Notes under the pieces: generated by a model
Told to the model about the DNA's origin: nothing
Database searches by the model: none
What the model saw: the letters and a program-made list of their open reading frames with translations, nothing else
Shown: piece after piece, positions 18,427 to 27,461 of the stretch
Layout: each line of letters starts with the position of its first letter
Position numbering within the stretch: the stretch's first letter is position 1
Assembly: GCA_028874075.1 (NCBI GenBank)
Contig: JAPPLU010000087.1
Coordinates: 6,738-70,737 of the forward strand
Length of the DNA: 64,000 nt
Direction of reading: 5' to 3'
From: Chloroflexota bacterium
GTDB lineage: Bacteria; Chloroflexota; Dehalococcoidia; Lucifugimonadales; UBA3495
Program-made: the position numbers and the translations under genes

Positions 18427-19119
18427 ATGAGCGCTACCCACGATTTCTCCGAGTCTTTCTACAAGGAGCACGCCCAGCGTTACGCCGTGGTAAGCCACAA
18501 CTTTATCCAGTCGGTGTATAGCGATGTCTCCCACCCGGGCCTGACCGGAGACATGGCCCTGGTTGACCGCCTCCAGGAGTTGGTTCCCAAGGGCAGCAGG
18601 GGACTAGATGCCGGCTGCGGCGCCGGTGCGCGGGACGTTTTTGACTACTGGCAAAAGGGGTATGACATCTACGGGATAGATGCCGTGGAAGAGAACATTG
18701 AGGAAGCGCGCCGTCTCCACCCGGAAATTGCGGAGAGGGTGTCGGTGGTCGACCTGCGCGAGCCTCTTGCGTCTCTGGATTCCTCTTTCGACTTTGTAAT
18801 GTGCAATGCGGTAATACAGCATATCGAACCGGACATAGCCCTGAACACGACCTTGCCCGAGCTCGCCCGGATTTTGAAGCCGGGCGGTATTCTGCAGCTG
18901 ATGTTCAAGTACGGCAACGGTATCGCCACCATTTACGACAGAGATTACGGAACAGACCGTACTTTCCAGCTCTACGCCGTTGAAGAGGTGATCGACACCC
19001 TGATAGCCCAGGGGTTAAGAGTGATTCCCGAAGATGGAGAAAGGCTAGGAGGGGTCATGTATTTCAAGGACCCCAAGCCTATGGACCACTGCGTGTTTTT
19101 TGCCCGCAAGAACGGGTAA
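18427..19119 (+). CDS. Class I SAM-dependent methyltransferase
   Basis: 230-aa ORF. LDAGCGAGARD motif I and FDFVMCNAVIQH. Confidence 0.85.
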   Translation: MSATHDFSESFYKEHAQRYAVVSHNFIQSVYSDVSHPGLTGDMALVDRLQELVPKGSRGLDAGCGAGARDVFDYWQKGYDIYGIDAVEENIEEARRLHPEIAERVSVVDLREPLASLDSSFDFVMCNAVIQHIEPDIALNTTLPELARILKPGGILQLMFKYGNGIATIYDRDYGTDRTFQLYAVEEVIDTLIAQGLRVIPEDGERLGGVMYFKDPKPMDHCVFFARKNG

Positions 19120-19140
19120 ACGTAGGGTTCCCCTGTCCTG

Positions 19141-20271
19141 TTGAACCAATCTGGCAGCCGGAGGAATGGGGTGACCGGTCCGACAGTTCCCGACGACCTG
19201 CAGGACATTACTCCTTTATGGTTGACCCGTGCTCTCTCCAGCAGCCGGGAACCGGAGGGTGCGTTCGTCACCGGATACACGGTGGAGCCTATCGCCGAAG
19301 GCAAGGGTTACATGAGCAGGCTTTACCGACTGTGGCTGGATTACGATGGGGAGTCCAACAATGCCCCAGACTCCATAATATCGAAACTACCGTCGTCGGA
19401 CCCTTTGCTGAAACTGGTTTATAAACGGCTTGGGCAAAACCTGAGAGAGGTATGTTTCTACCGGGAACTGGCTGGCCACGTCCAGGTGCAGACACCTCGC
19501 TGCTACTACGGCGAGAAAGACCCGGCCACTGGGAACACCATACTGCTGCTGGAGGACATGAACTATGCCCGGCAGGGTGACAGTGTAGCCGGCTGTACCC
19601 AGGAGGAAGTCCGCGCCTGCGTCGAGCAGCTTGCTCGGTTCCAGGCAAAGTGGTGGGATAACCCACGGCTGGACCACCTTGACTGGCTGCCATTGAGGAA
19701 CGACGAAACGGATACCTACGAGGAAATGTATGCGGGAGCCTGGCAGTCCCTCCTGCAGAAGGCCGGCACCGCAATGCCCACCAGGCTGCAAGACCTGGGC
19801 GACCGCCTGGCGCCAAAGGTTCGCGAGATAAAAGCCAGGCTCTCAAAACCGCCAATCACCCTGGTTCACGGGGATTACCGGCTGGACAACTGTTTTTTCT
19901 CGACGGCAGACGGCAGTCAGTCGGTAGTGGTGATGGACTGGGAATTCTGCGGAAGGGGGAGGGGTCCTTATGACGTGGCCACTTTCGTAAACGAGGCATA
20001 TTTGCCCCATGCAAGAAGGCGCGAGGAGATTGGCCTTCTGCGCCAGTACCATTCCCTTCTTGAGGACACTGGCGTTAGCCGATACTCCTTTGAGGAATGC
20101 CTGGATGATTACCGCCTGTCCATGCTGGAACTGTTCGTCTTCTGGATAGTTACCGGGGGCTACTGCAACTACGAGGGACAACGGGAGGGAAAGTACCTTC
20201 GCAATACCCTGATTCGGCTGGACGCGGCCATAGCTGATCTCAATTCCACGGAACTGGTCGCTATGCCCTGA
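19141..20271 (+). CDS. Phosphotransferase (APH / choline-ecdysteroid kinase-like) family protein
   Basis: 376-aa ORF. LVHGDYRLDNCFF catalytic loop and VMDWEF. The start codon is uncertain. Confidence 0.8.
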   Translation: MNQSGSRRNGVTGPTVPDDLQDITPLWLTRALSSSREPEGAFVTGYTVEPIAEGKGYMSRLYRLWLDYDGESNNAPDSIISKLPSSDPLLKLVYKRLGQNLREVCFYRELAGHVQVQTPRCYYGEKDPATGNTILLLEDMNYARQGDSVAGCTQEEVRACVEQLARFQAKWWDNPRLDHLDWLPLRNDETDTYEEMYAGAWQSLLQKAGTAMPTRLQDLGDRLAPKVREIKARLSKPPITLVHGDYRLDNCFFSTADGSQSVVVMDWEFCGRGRGPYDVATFVNEAYLPHARRREEIGLLRQYHSLLEDTGVSRYSFEECLDDYRLSMLELFVFWIVTGGYCNYEGQREGKYLRNTLIRLDAAIADLNSTELVAMP

Positions 20272-20816
20272 ACCAATGCCATGGTGAAATATTTGCCCGG
20301 TAGAGTTGCGCCTGTCTTTCGGCCCGCTGCGCAGATGATTCGCGAGTTACCGTTACGCCGGCAAACTGGGCTGCCAAGAGATTCCAAGGTAGAGCCAGAA
20401 TGGCATTGCTCACCTTGGCTTTGGCCTAGCAGGCCATCGCCGCAGCAAAGATGGCTAACCCGACAATCCAGTCATAGCTACGAAAATCAGTATCCACAAT
20501 CGGACAGGAAGAGGCTCAATTTCAAGACCGGCCTGGATTCAGTAAAGCCACCGGGAAGGCAGGGCGGCCTGAATGAAATCAATGCTCTTCCTCTACAAAC
20601 CTGGTCTTCAACTCTCCATACAGGACACGCCCCTACCCTCTCTGGTGCACATGAGGTTAAGGACAGGTACTTTCACCTTTAATCTCCAGGCGCAGGGATT
20701 CAAAGGCAGGCGTTGATGTATACTCCTACTAAACGGGTGTCGCTCACTACCATCCGTTTTGGAAGATAGTTGCAACCAGGTGTCTCTCATAATCATCCCA
20801 GGGGAAACCAGCCATA

Positions 20817-21968
20817 TTGAATGAAACCAGGGAAACATCCGGCCAGGTCCGCATTGTAGGCATGATAGGTGTCGCCCGTGAGGCGGCGGCCGCATCCGGC
20901 GCAACACTAAGCGTGTTCGGCGGGGGCATTAACCCCGGCGCCGAGGTGCCTGCCGGCGTGGACGGCGACTATATCCTGGAGTTCGCCCGCGTCCACGAGG
21001 ACGCCGGGTTCGACATGGTACTGACCGGCTACTCCTCCAGCACTCCCGACGGCTTCGAGGTGGCCGGATACGCGGCGGCCCACACCACCAACCTGGGCTA
21101 CCTCATCGCCCACCGGCCCGGCTTTGTGGCTCCCACCCTGGCGGCGCGCAAGGCCGCCACCCTCGACCAGCTTACCGGTGGCCGCATCGCCCTTCACATT
21201 ATCTCCGGCGGCAGCGACCTGGAGCAGGAAAGGGACGGCGATTTTCTGGATCACGATGCCCGTTACCGCCGCACCGACGAGTACATGGACATCCTCCGTC
21301 GCGCCTGGACCGCCACTGGTCCCTTCGATTACGAGGGCGAGTTCTACCGGCTGAAGGGGGCCAGCAGCCAGGTGCATTGCTTCCAGCGTCCCCATCTGCC
21401 CCTGTTTTTTGGCGGAGCATCGGACGCAGCCCTGGACGTGGGCAGCCGCCGCGCCGACGTTTTCGCCCTGTGGGGTGAACCCCGCGCCGCCATACGAGAA
21501 CGGGTGGCGGACATCCGCAGCCGAGCTGGAGAATGGGGCCGGAACATAGGGTTCAGCCTGTCGGTGCGGCCCATCCTGGGGGAAACGGAAGCCAGGGCGT
21601 GGGAACGGGCCGAGGCAATTCTGACACGAGTGCAGGACGCAACCAGGGGAAGCATCGTCCCGGGCCAGCCGGCCCGCCTGCAATCGGAAGGTTCGCGGAG
21701 GTTGCTTGAGTTCGCCGCCCAGAGCGATTTGCACGACGAGCGACTGTGGATGCCCGTGGCCGCAGCCAGCGGCGCCGCCGGCAGCACCACCTGCCTGGTG
21801 GGTACCCCACGACAGGTGGCCGAGTCTTTGCTGTCCTACTACGACCTGGGCTGCACCACCTTCATCATCCGGGGCTTCGACCCCCTGAAGGATGCCCGCG
21901 AATACGGCCGGGAACTCATTCACCGGCTGCGGGAAATGGTCGCCGGCCGTTCTTCAACCGTGGTTTAG
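20817..21968 (+). CDS. LLM class flavin-dependent oxidoreductase (SsuD-like)
   Basis: 383-aa ORF. Luciferase-like TIM barrel pattern (GRIALHIISGG, RYRRTDEYMDILRRAW). Confidence 0.9.
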   Translation: MNETRETSGQVRIVGMIGVAREAAAASGATLSVFGGGINPGAEVPAGVDGDYILEFARVHEDAGFDMVLTGYSSSTPDGFEVAGYAAAHTTNLGYLIAHRPGFVAPTLAARKAATLDQLTGGRIALHIISGGSDLEQERDGDFLDHDARYRRTDEYMDILRRAWTATGPFDYEGEFYRLKGASSQVHCFQRPHLPLFFGGASDAALDVGSRRADVFALWGEPRAAIRERVADIRSRAGEWGRNIGFSLSVRPILGETEARAWERAEAILTRVQDATRGSIVPGQPARLQSEGSRRLLEFAAQSDLHDERLWMPVAAASGAAGSTTCLVGTPRQVAESLLSYYDLGCTTFIIRGFDPLKDAREYGRELIHRLREMVAGRSSTVV

Positions 21969-22025
21969 TGGACCGCGCGGCGCCTGCCGGCAGTCCCCAA
22001 ATACTCCAAAGCCTTTACCGAGGCA

Positions 22026-22391
22026 TTAATCCAAAGCAACCACGATGTAATAACGGGGTTCGTCGCTGATAACCCGCGTAATGTGGCCCTGGCCCGTCAG
22101 GTCCTCCGCCAGCAGCACGTCGCCGGGACCCACTTCCCGCTTGGTGCCGTCACCCACCTCCACTTCGGCCCGGCCCGACAGGGTGATGGTGTACTGGCGG
22201 CGGGGAGCGCAGTGCCACTCCAGCAGGTAGCCGGGCTGGGCGATGCGGATGGTCATTCCGTTGGCCCCCTCCATGGGTGTGCCCTCACCGTAGGCGCCCT
22301 CCGTATCAACGAAGGACTGGAAAGGCGGGTTCAGGTCTTCCAGGTGAGACTGTCCGTCGGGACCGGTATAGCAGCGTACGAAGTTAGGCAT
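22026..22391 (-). CDS. Cupin domain protein
   Basis: 121-aa ORF. Small beta-barrel pattern with G.L.EWH....Y....G.AEVEVGDG. Confidence 0.7.
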   Translation of the reverse strand: MPNFVRCYTGPDGQSHLEDLNPPFQSFVDTEGAYGEGTPMEGANGMTIRIAQPGYLLEWHCAPRRQYTITLSGRAEVEVGDGTKREVGPGDVLLAEDLTGQGHITRVISDEPRYYIVVALD

Positions 22392-22556
22392 GGTAGCTCC
22401 TTGTTATTGAATCGTCCTGGGTTACGATGCCCCTATTCTCTATAGGCTTGGCGGCAACGTCAAGGATTACCGGAGATAACTGAGATAGGCGCCTGGCCCG
22501 AAACTGGCAGAAAAACGGCATAGCAATTCGAGCCTCTGTCTAACCTGAATGACCGG

Positions 22557-22565
22557 GTGCTAGAA
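22557..22565 (+). promoter_or_regulatory. Candidate extended -10 promoter (TGcTAGAAT) for fdhA
   Basis: TGnTAnAAT motif 65 nt upstream of the fdhA start. The same motif type occurs at 29753 and 40056. Confidence 0.35.
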
Positions 22566-22629
22566 TATGCGGTAAGAATACCCTGGTTTTCCAAATCAAT
22601 CGGGCAGAAGGGCTGGGGGTGCCGCAGCC

Positions 22630-25479
22630 ATGTCCATCTCCCTGACCGTTAATGGCAAGCAGGTTCAGTTAGCGGAAGGCGGGTCCGTGCTGGACGCCGT
22701 CAACGCCTCCAACACCTACCTGTCGCAGCTTTGCAAGGACCCGGACATGAAGGCCATCGGGGCCTGCCGTACCTGCCTGGTGCAGATCGAGGGTGTGCGT
22801 GGCTTCCCCGCCTCCTGTTCCGTCCCCGCCGCCGACGGCATGGTGGTGCAGACCGACACGCCGGAGGTTGAACGCATCCGGTCCGGCGTCCTGGAACTAA
22901 CCCTGGCCATGCTGCCGTCGGAGGCCCCGGTCCGGGCCGCCGTACCATCCCCCATCCGGGGCGAGGGCGAGTACGGGCAGTTGACCCGGGCCGCCCAACA
23001 TTACGGCATTGACGGCTCCCGCTGGCGATCCCGATCCCGGGAGGAAACGGACGCCAGCAACCCGGTCTTCACCATCGGCATGGAGTCCTGCATCCTCTGC
23101 GCCCGCTGCGTCAATGCCTGCCAGGAAGAGCACCAGTTCATCGGCGCCATTGATTTCATCGGGGCCGGGGAAGGCGGCCGCATCGGAACTTTTATGGACA
23201 AGCCCCTGGCAGACTCCATCTGCACCACCTGCGGCCAGTGCCTGTCCGTCTGTCCCACCGGAGCCATCCAGGCCAAGGCAACCATCGCGGAGTCTTTAGC
23301 CAGCACCCCCATCCTGACCTTCCCCCAGCACGGGGGAAGGGACTTGCGGGAAGCGCCGGAGGTCGGAGTCGAGAAAACGGTCTCCACCACCTGCCCCTAC
23401 TGCGGCGTGGGCTGCGGAATCAAAATGCAGGTCGGCGGCGCTGACGAAATCGTGGCGGTGGAGGATGACCCGGACAACCTCTCCAGCGTGGGTATGCTTT
23501 GTGTCAAGGGACGGTTCGGCGCTTCCTTCGTCCACCACCCTGACCGGCTGACCACGCCGCTGATTCGTGAAAATGGCGAATTCCGGGAAGCCACCTGGGA
23601 CGAGGCCCTGGACCTGATTGCCGACCGGCTGGTCAACTACCGGGACGACGACTTCGGCACTCTTTGCTCGGCCAAGGCCACCAACGAGGACGGGTACATC
23701 CAGCAGAAGTTCGCCCGACTACTGATGCAGACCAACAACATCGACCACTGCACCCGCCTGTGCCACTCGCCGTCGGTGGAGGCCATGCTGGCCACCCTCG
23801 GCAGCGGCGCAACCAGCAACTCCTACACCGACTACGAGAACGCCGGCTGCCTGGTGGTCATCGGCTGCGACCCCACCTCCAACCACCCGGTGGCGGCCTC
23901 CCGGATGCGCCGGGCTGTGGTGGAACGAGGCGCAAAGCTCATAGTCATCAACCCCCGTCGCATTGACATGTGCGACTACGCCGACCTGTGGCTCCGCCCC
24001 CACCCGGGCACCGACGTGGCCCTGCTCAACGGTATGGCCTGGGTTATCCTGGACGAAGGACTGGTGGACGAGGAATTCGTCGCCAACCGCACCGAGGACT
24101 ACGAGCAGTGGGCCCGGGTCGTTCAAGACTACCCACCGGAACGGGTGGAGGAGATTACCGGCGTTCCCTCCGAAGACCTGAAGCAGGCGGCGCGCCTGTA
24201 CGCCCAGCCGCCCTTCCCGGCCCGCTACGTGTTCGGCGATGAGGATAAGCCCTACGCCGGTTCCTGCCTAATCTGGGGCATGGGCATTACCCAGCACGTC
24301 AACGGCACGCCCAACGCCCACGGCCTGTTGAACCTGGCCCTGGTTACGGGCCAACTGGGCCGTCCCGGAAGCGGAGTGTCCCCCCTGCGAGGCCAGAACA
24401 ACGTCCAGGGCTGCGGCGACGCCGGCTGCATCCCCGACAACCTGCCCGGCTACCAGGGCTACCGCCCCGAGGTCCTGGCCCGCTTCGAGGCGGCGTGGGG
24501 CGGCCAGCCCCTGCCCGGCATTCGCGGCCTGGTCATTACCCAGATCGTCCAGTCCATCGGCCAGGACCACGGCGTCCGGGCGATGTACATCACCGGGGAG
24601 AATCCCCTGCTCAGCGAGCCAGACCTGAACGAGGCCGCCGAACTGTTCAAGAGCCTGGAGTTCCTGGTAGTGCAGGACATCTTCATGCACGAGACGGCGC
24701 AGATTGCCGACGTGGTGCTGCCGGCCACCAGCTTTGCCGAGAAGGACGGCACCTTCACCAACAGCGAGCGGCGGGTGCAGCGGATCCGCAAGGCAGTGGA
24801 ACCCCGGGGCCAAAGCAGACCCGACTGGGAGATAGTCTGCGACCTGGGCCGCCGCATGTGCCGCATGTTGGGCCTCCCCCTGGAAGACCAGTTCACCTAC
24901 GACCACCCCTCGGAGATATTCGATGAAATGGCGCGGCTGACTCCCATCCTGTCGGGCATCAGCTACGACCGCCTCGATCGGGAGGGCGGCATTCAGTGGC
25001 CGTGCCCCGAACCCGATCACCCGGGCACTCCCTACCTGTACGCCGATTCATTCCCCCGGGGGCCACGGGCCCGGTTCATTGGCTACCAACAGGGGCCGCT
25101 GTCGGACGAGCGGCCCAGCCGCCGCTACCCGCTGATCCTGAATACGGGCCGCGTCCTCTACCACTGGCACGGCGGCACCATGACCCGCCGGGTGTCGGGC
25201 CTGCTGACCCGGGCGCCCGACCTAGAGGTCTCCATCAACCCCTCTGACGGCGACAAATACGGCATCGCTGACGGGCAGACCGTTCGCGTCTCCTCCCGCC
25301 GGGGCGAACTGACCGGCAAGGCCCTTTTCACCGACCGGATGCGGACGGGGGAGATTTTTATTCCTTTCGTCAAGCTGTCGGAGTCGGCGGCCAACTTCCT
25401 TACGAACTCGGCCTACGACCCGGATACCATGATCCCCGAGTACAAGGTATGCGCAGTGCGGGTGGAAGCGGCGGAGTAG
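22630..25479 (+). CDS. fdhA: Formate dehydrogenase alpha subunit (molybdopterin), with N-terminal 2Fe-2S and 4Fe-4S domains; Cys-type
   Basis: 949-aa ORF. CRTCLV, CILCARCVNAC, CTTCGQCLSVCP and TTCPYCGVGC clusters. The active-site region is IDHCTRLCHSPSV, with TGC at 23761-23763. Confidence 0.92.
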   Translation: MSISLTVNGKQVQLAEGGSVLDAVNASNTYLSQLCKDPDMKAIGACRTCLVQIEGVRGFPASCSVPAADGMVVQTDTPEVERIRSGVLELTLAMLPSEAPVRAAVPSPIRGEGEYGQLTRAAQHYGIDGSRWRSRSREETDASNPVFTIGMESCILCARCVNACQEEHQFIGAIDFIGAGEGGRIGTFMDKPLADSICTTCGQCLSVCPTGAIQAKATIAESLASTPILTFPQHGGRDLREAPEVGVEKTVSTTCPYCGVGCGIKMQVGGADEIVAVEDDPDNLSSVGMLCVKGRFGASFVHHPDRLTTPLIRENGEFREATWDEALDLIADRLVNYRDDDFGTLCSAKATNEDGYIQQKFARLLMQTNNIDHCTRLCHSPSVEAMLATLGSGATSNSYTDYENAGCLVVIGCDPTSNHPVAASRMRRAVVERGAKLIVINPRRIDMCDYADLWLRPHPGTDVALLNGMAWVILDEGLVDEEFVANRTEDYEQWARVVQDYPPERVEEITGVPSEDLKQAARLYAQPPFPARYVFGDEDKPYAGSCLIWGMGITQHVNGTPNAHGLLNLALVTGQLGRPGSGVSPLRGQNNVQGCGDAGCIPDNLPGYQGYRPEVLARFEAAWGGQPLPGIRGLVITQIVQSIGQDHGVRAMYITGENPLLSEPDLNEAAELFKSLEFLVVQDIFMHETAQIADVVLPATSFAEKDGTFTNSERRVQRIRKAVEPRGQSRPDWEIVCDLGRRMCRMLGLPLEDQFTYDHPSEIFDEMARLTPILSGISYDRLDREGGIQWPCPEPDHPGTPYLYADSFPRGPRARFIGYQQGPLSDERPSRRYPLILNTGRVLYHWHGGTMTRRVSGLLTRAPDLEVSINPSDGDKYGIADGQTVRVSSRRGELTGKALFTDRMRTGEIFIPFVKLSESAANFLTNSAYDPDTMIPEYKVCAVRVEAAE

Positions 25480-25486
25480 GGGCACC

Positions 25487-25882
25487 TTGGATTTCTTCGT
25501 CGCCTATCACGCCGCCGACCAGGATTCGGCCGAGTGGGTCGGTCAGCGCCTGCAGGATGAGGGCTATTCCGTTGAACTGCAGTCGTACGACTACTGGGCC
25601 CGCTCCAGCATGATCCTGGAGATGTTCGCCGTCTCCGCCATAGCCGATGCTACCATCGCCCTGCTTTCCCCCTACTTCCTGGCCGAAAACCTGGACCGGC
25701 CCGAATGGCAGGCCGCCTACGCCCAGGACCCCGCCGGAACCCAGGGAATCCTGCTGCCCGTGCGGGTGCGGGAGTGTGACGTGGAAGAGGCGCTGCCGGG
25801 GGTGCGTTTCGTTGACCTGGTAGGGCTGGGGGAAGAAGAGGCACGGGAGGCCCTGTTGGAGGGGATCAGGGAGAGGAGTTAG
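25487..25882 (+). CDS. Standalone TIR domain protein (131 aa)
   Basis: TTG start 7 nt after the fdhA stop. DFFVAYHAADQDSAEWVGQRLQDEGYSVELQSYDY...IALLSPYFLAENLDRPEWQAA...LLPVRVRECD follows the bacterial TIR_2 pattern. Confidence 0.72.
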   Translation: MDFFVAYHAADQDSAEWVGQRLQDEGYSVELQSYDYWARSSMILEMFAVSAIADATIALLSPYFLAENLDRPEWQAAYAQDPAGTQGILLPVRVRECDVEEALPGVRFVDLVGLGEEEAREALLEGIRERS

Positions 25883-25921
25883 CTCGAACTGACGAGGATT
25901 AATTCTTACGTTGAAGCGGTG

Positions 25922-25993
25922 TTTCACAAAGAGACGCAGGGATAAGGAAGTTCACAGAGATTCTCTAGCACGCCTCTGCGTCTCTTTGTGAAA
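25922..25993. repeat. REP-like palindromic element, copy c (perfect 18-bp arms)
   Basis: tttcacaaagagacgcag (25922-25939) pairs with ctgcgtctctttgtgaaa (25976-25993) across a 36-nt spacer. Located between convergent genes. Confidence 0.75.
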
Positions 25994-26012
25994 TAAGCCT
26001 GTCTGCTGGCAG

Positions 26013-26681
26013 TTATCCCTCTTCCTCTTCCTTCGCCAGGCGTATCCCCAGGGTTATCAGCCATATTACGTAGACGATGTACATACCGCGGGCCACGGTG
26101 GTTGCCGAATCCATGGCGTCGGAATTGAAGATGGCCACGAGCCATTCAGCCATTCCAACCAGACCGGCCAGGGCTGCCAGCCAAGTCAGGATTGTGAACG
26201 CCATTCCCCGGGTGTCGATAAGGACGCTGAAGGCAAACAACACGATACCCAGGCTTACTGCGACCCCGCCGGTCAATAGCAGGGAGGTGCGGATAGCGTA
26301 GATGGCCATCCAGGCTTCTTGCGGCGGGTAGGTGCTGGCCAGTGTAATGACCAGCGACTGCACCACTAACCAGGCAATTACGCCGATGGAGATCAACGCC
26401 AGGCCAGCCATGTTCAGGCCATCGCCGCGACTGCCCCGGTGCGCGACATGCACCTCGTAGATGCCGAAAGCCATGAGGGCCAATCCCAACATAATTAAGC
26501 CGGACGTTATTTTGACCATGACGGCGTTGGCCTGCCAGACTCCAATGAGGCCGAGGGCGTCGGACCCCGGCGTAGAATCTATCAACAGGCCGCCGGGCTG
26601 AATCAGGAACATGATGAACGCCAGGGTGGGCCCGACCACCAAGGATATAGCTCCGAGCTTGTTGGTGGACAGCAGGTTCAT
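26013..26681 (-). CDS. Hypothetical integral membrane protein (about 6 TM)
   Basis: 222-aa ORF with regularly spaced hydrophobic helices. No family recognised. Confidence 0.7.
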   Translation of the reverse strand: MNLLSTNKLGAISLVVGPTLAFIMFLIQPGGLLIDSTPGSDALGLIGVWQANAVMVKITSGLIMLGLALMAFGIYEVHVAHRGSRGDGLNMAGLALISIGVIAWLVVQSLVITLASTYPPQEAWMAIYAIRTSLLLTGGVAVSLGIVLFAFSVLIDTRGMAFTILTWLAALAGLVGMAEWLVAIFNSDAMDSATTVARGMYIVYVIWLITLGIRLAKEEEEG

Positions 26682-26768
26682 TTCCAGCCTCCTTTCGCTT
26701 GGTAACCTTTAAACACTACTATTGATTGGCAGACGTGGCCTCATCACTTCGAGAATTGTCGGGTGGAC

Positions 26769-27257
26769 TTAGCGCTCCCCCGCCCCCGAAAACTCCGCGG
26801 CGGCGGCCTGAGCCATCTCCTCCGGCGCCAAGTCCTTGACGTGGGTGGCCAGGCCCCAGTGGTGGCCGTAGGGGTCCCGCACCATGCCGTAGCGATCGCC
26901 CCAGAAAGCGTCCATCGGTTCCATCACCGACTCGCACCCGGCATCCAGGGCCCGCCGGTACATTCCATCCACGTCTTCGGTATAAATGTGCAAGGCGACG
27001 GTGGTGCCCTTGGCGGTGGTGGGCGACAGGGCGTCGGCGCAAAACTCCGGCGGGAACTCGTCGGCTATCATAATGAAGGAATCGCCAACCCGCAGCAGGC
27101 CGTGGGCCAGCAGGTCCATGCCCGGCATGGGAAATCGGGAAATCTCCACGGCACCGAAGGCCTTAACGTAGAAATCCATGGCCTCGCCGGCGTTCTTGAT
27201 GGTCATGTGGGGGGTTACCGACCGGAATCCTGGTGGAATGGGAGATACGGTAGTCAT
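26769..27257 (-). CDS. VOC (glyoxalase/bleomycin-resistance, PhnB-like) family protein
   Basis: ATG at 27257 with AGGAG upstream. Motif: VTPHMTIKNAGEAMDFYVKAFGA...DAFWGDRYGMVRDPYGHHW. Confidence 0.85.
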   Translation of the reverse strand: MTTVSPIPPGFRSVTPHMTIKNAGEAMDFYVKAFGAVEISRFPMPGMDLLAHGLLRVGDSFIMIADEFPPEFCADALSPTTAKGTTVALHIYTEDVDGMYRRALDAGCESVMEPMDAFWGDRYGMVRDPYGHHWGLATHVKDLAPEEMAQAAAAEFSGAGER

Positions 27258-27461
27258 TACTTGCTCCTGAAGCATGGTTTGAGCGGCGGCGCGGCCACGC
27301 CTGCCCATTATGATACTCCCGGAAGGACTGAACTTTCTTGGGGCAAGTGTCAGTAAAATTGCGGATTTTGGAGGCCCACACCCCCTGCCCTTGTTCCTCT
27401 GGGAATACGGCAGGGGGTGAATGCTCCAAACTCTCTAGAAGGGGACAATGCGGGGACTTGG

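Noticed and set aside
20272-20816. 545-bp intergenic gap examined for an RNA gene, riboswitch or gene remnant
   Set aside because: Only weak hairpins were seen. There is no repeat-family anchor and no recognisable riboswitch core or coding remnant. It is left unannotated.
22630-25479. Selenocysteine in formate dehydrogenase
   Set aside because: The active-site position is TGC (Cys, 23761-23763), and the ORF has no in-frame TGA.
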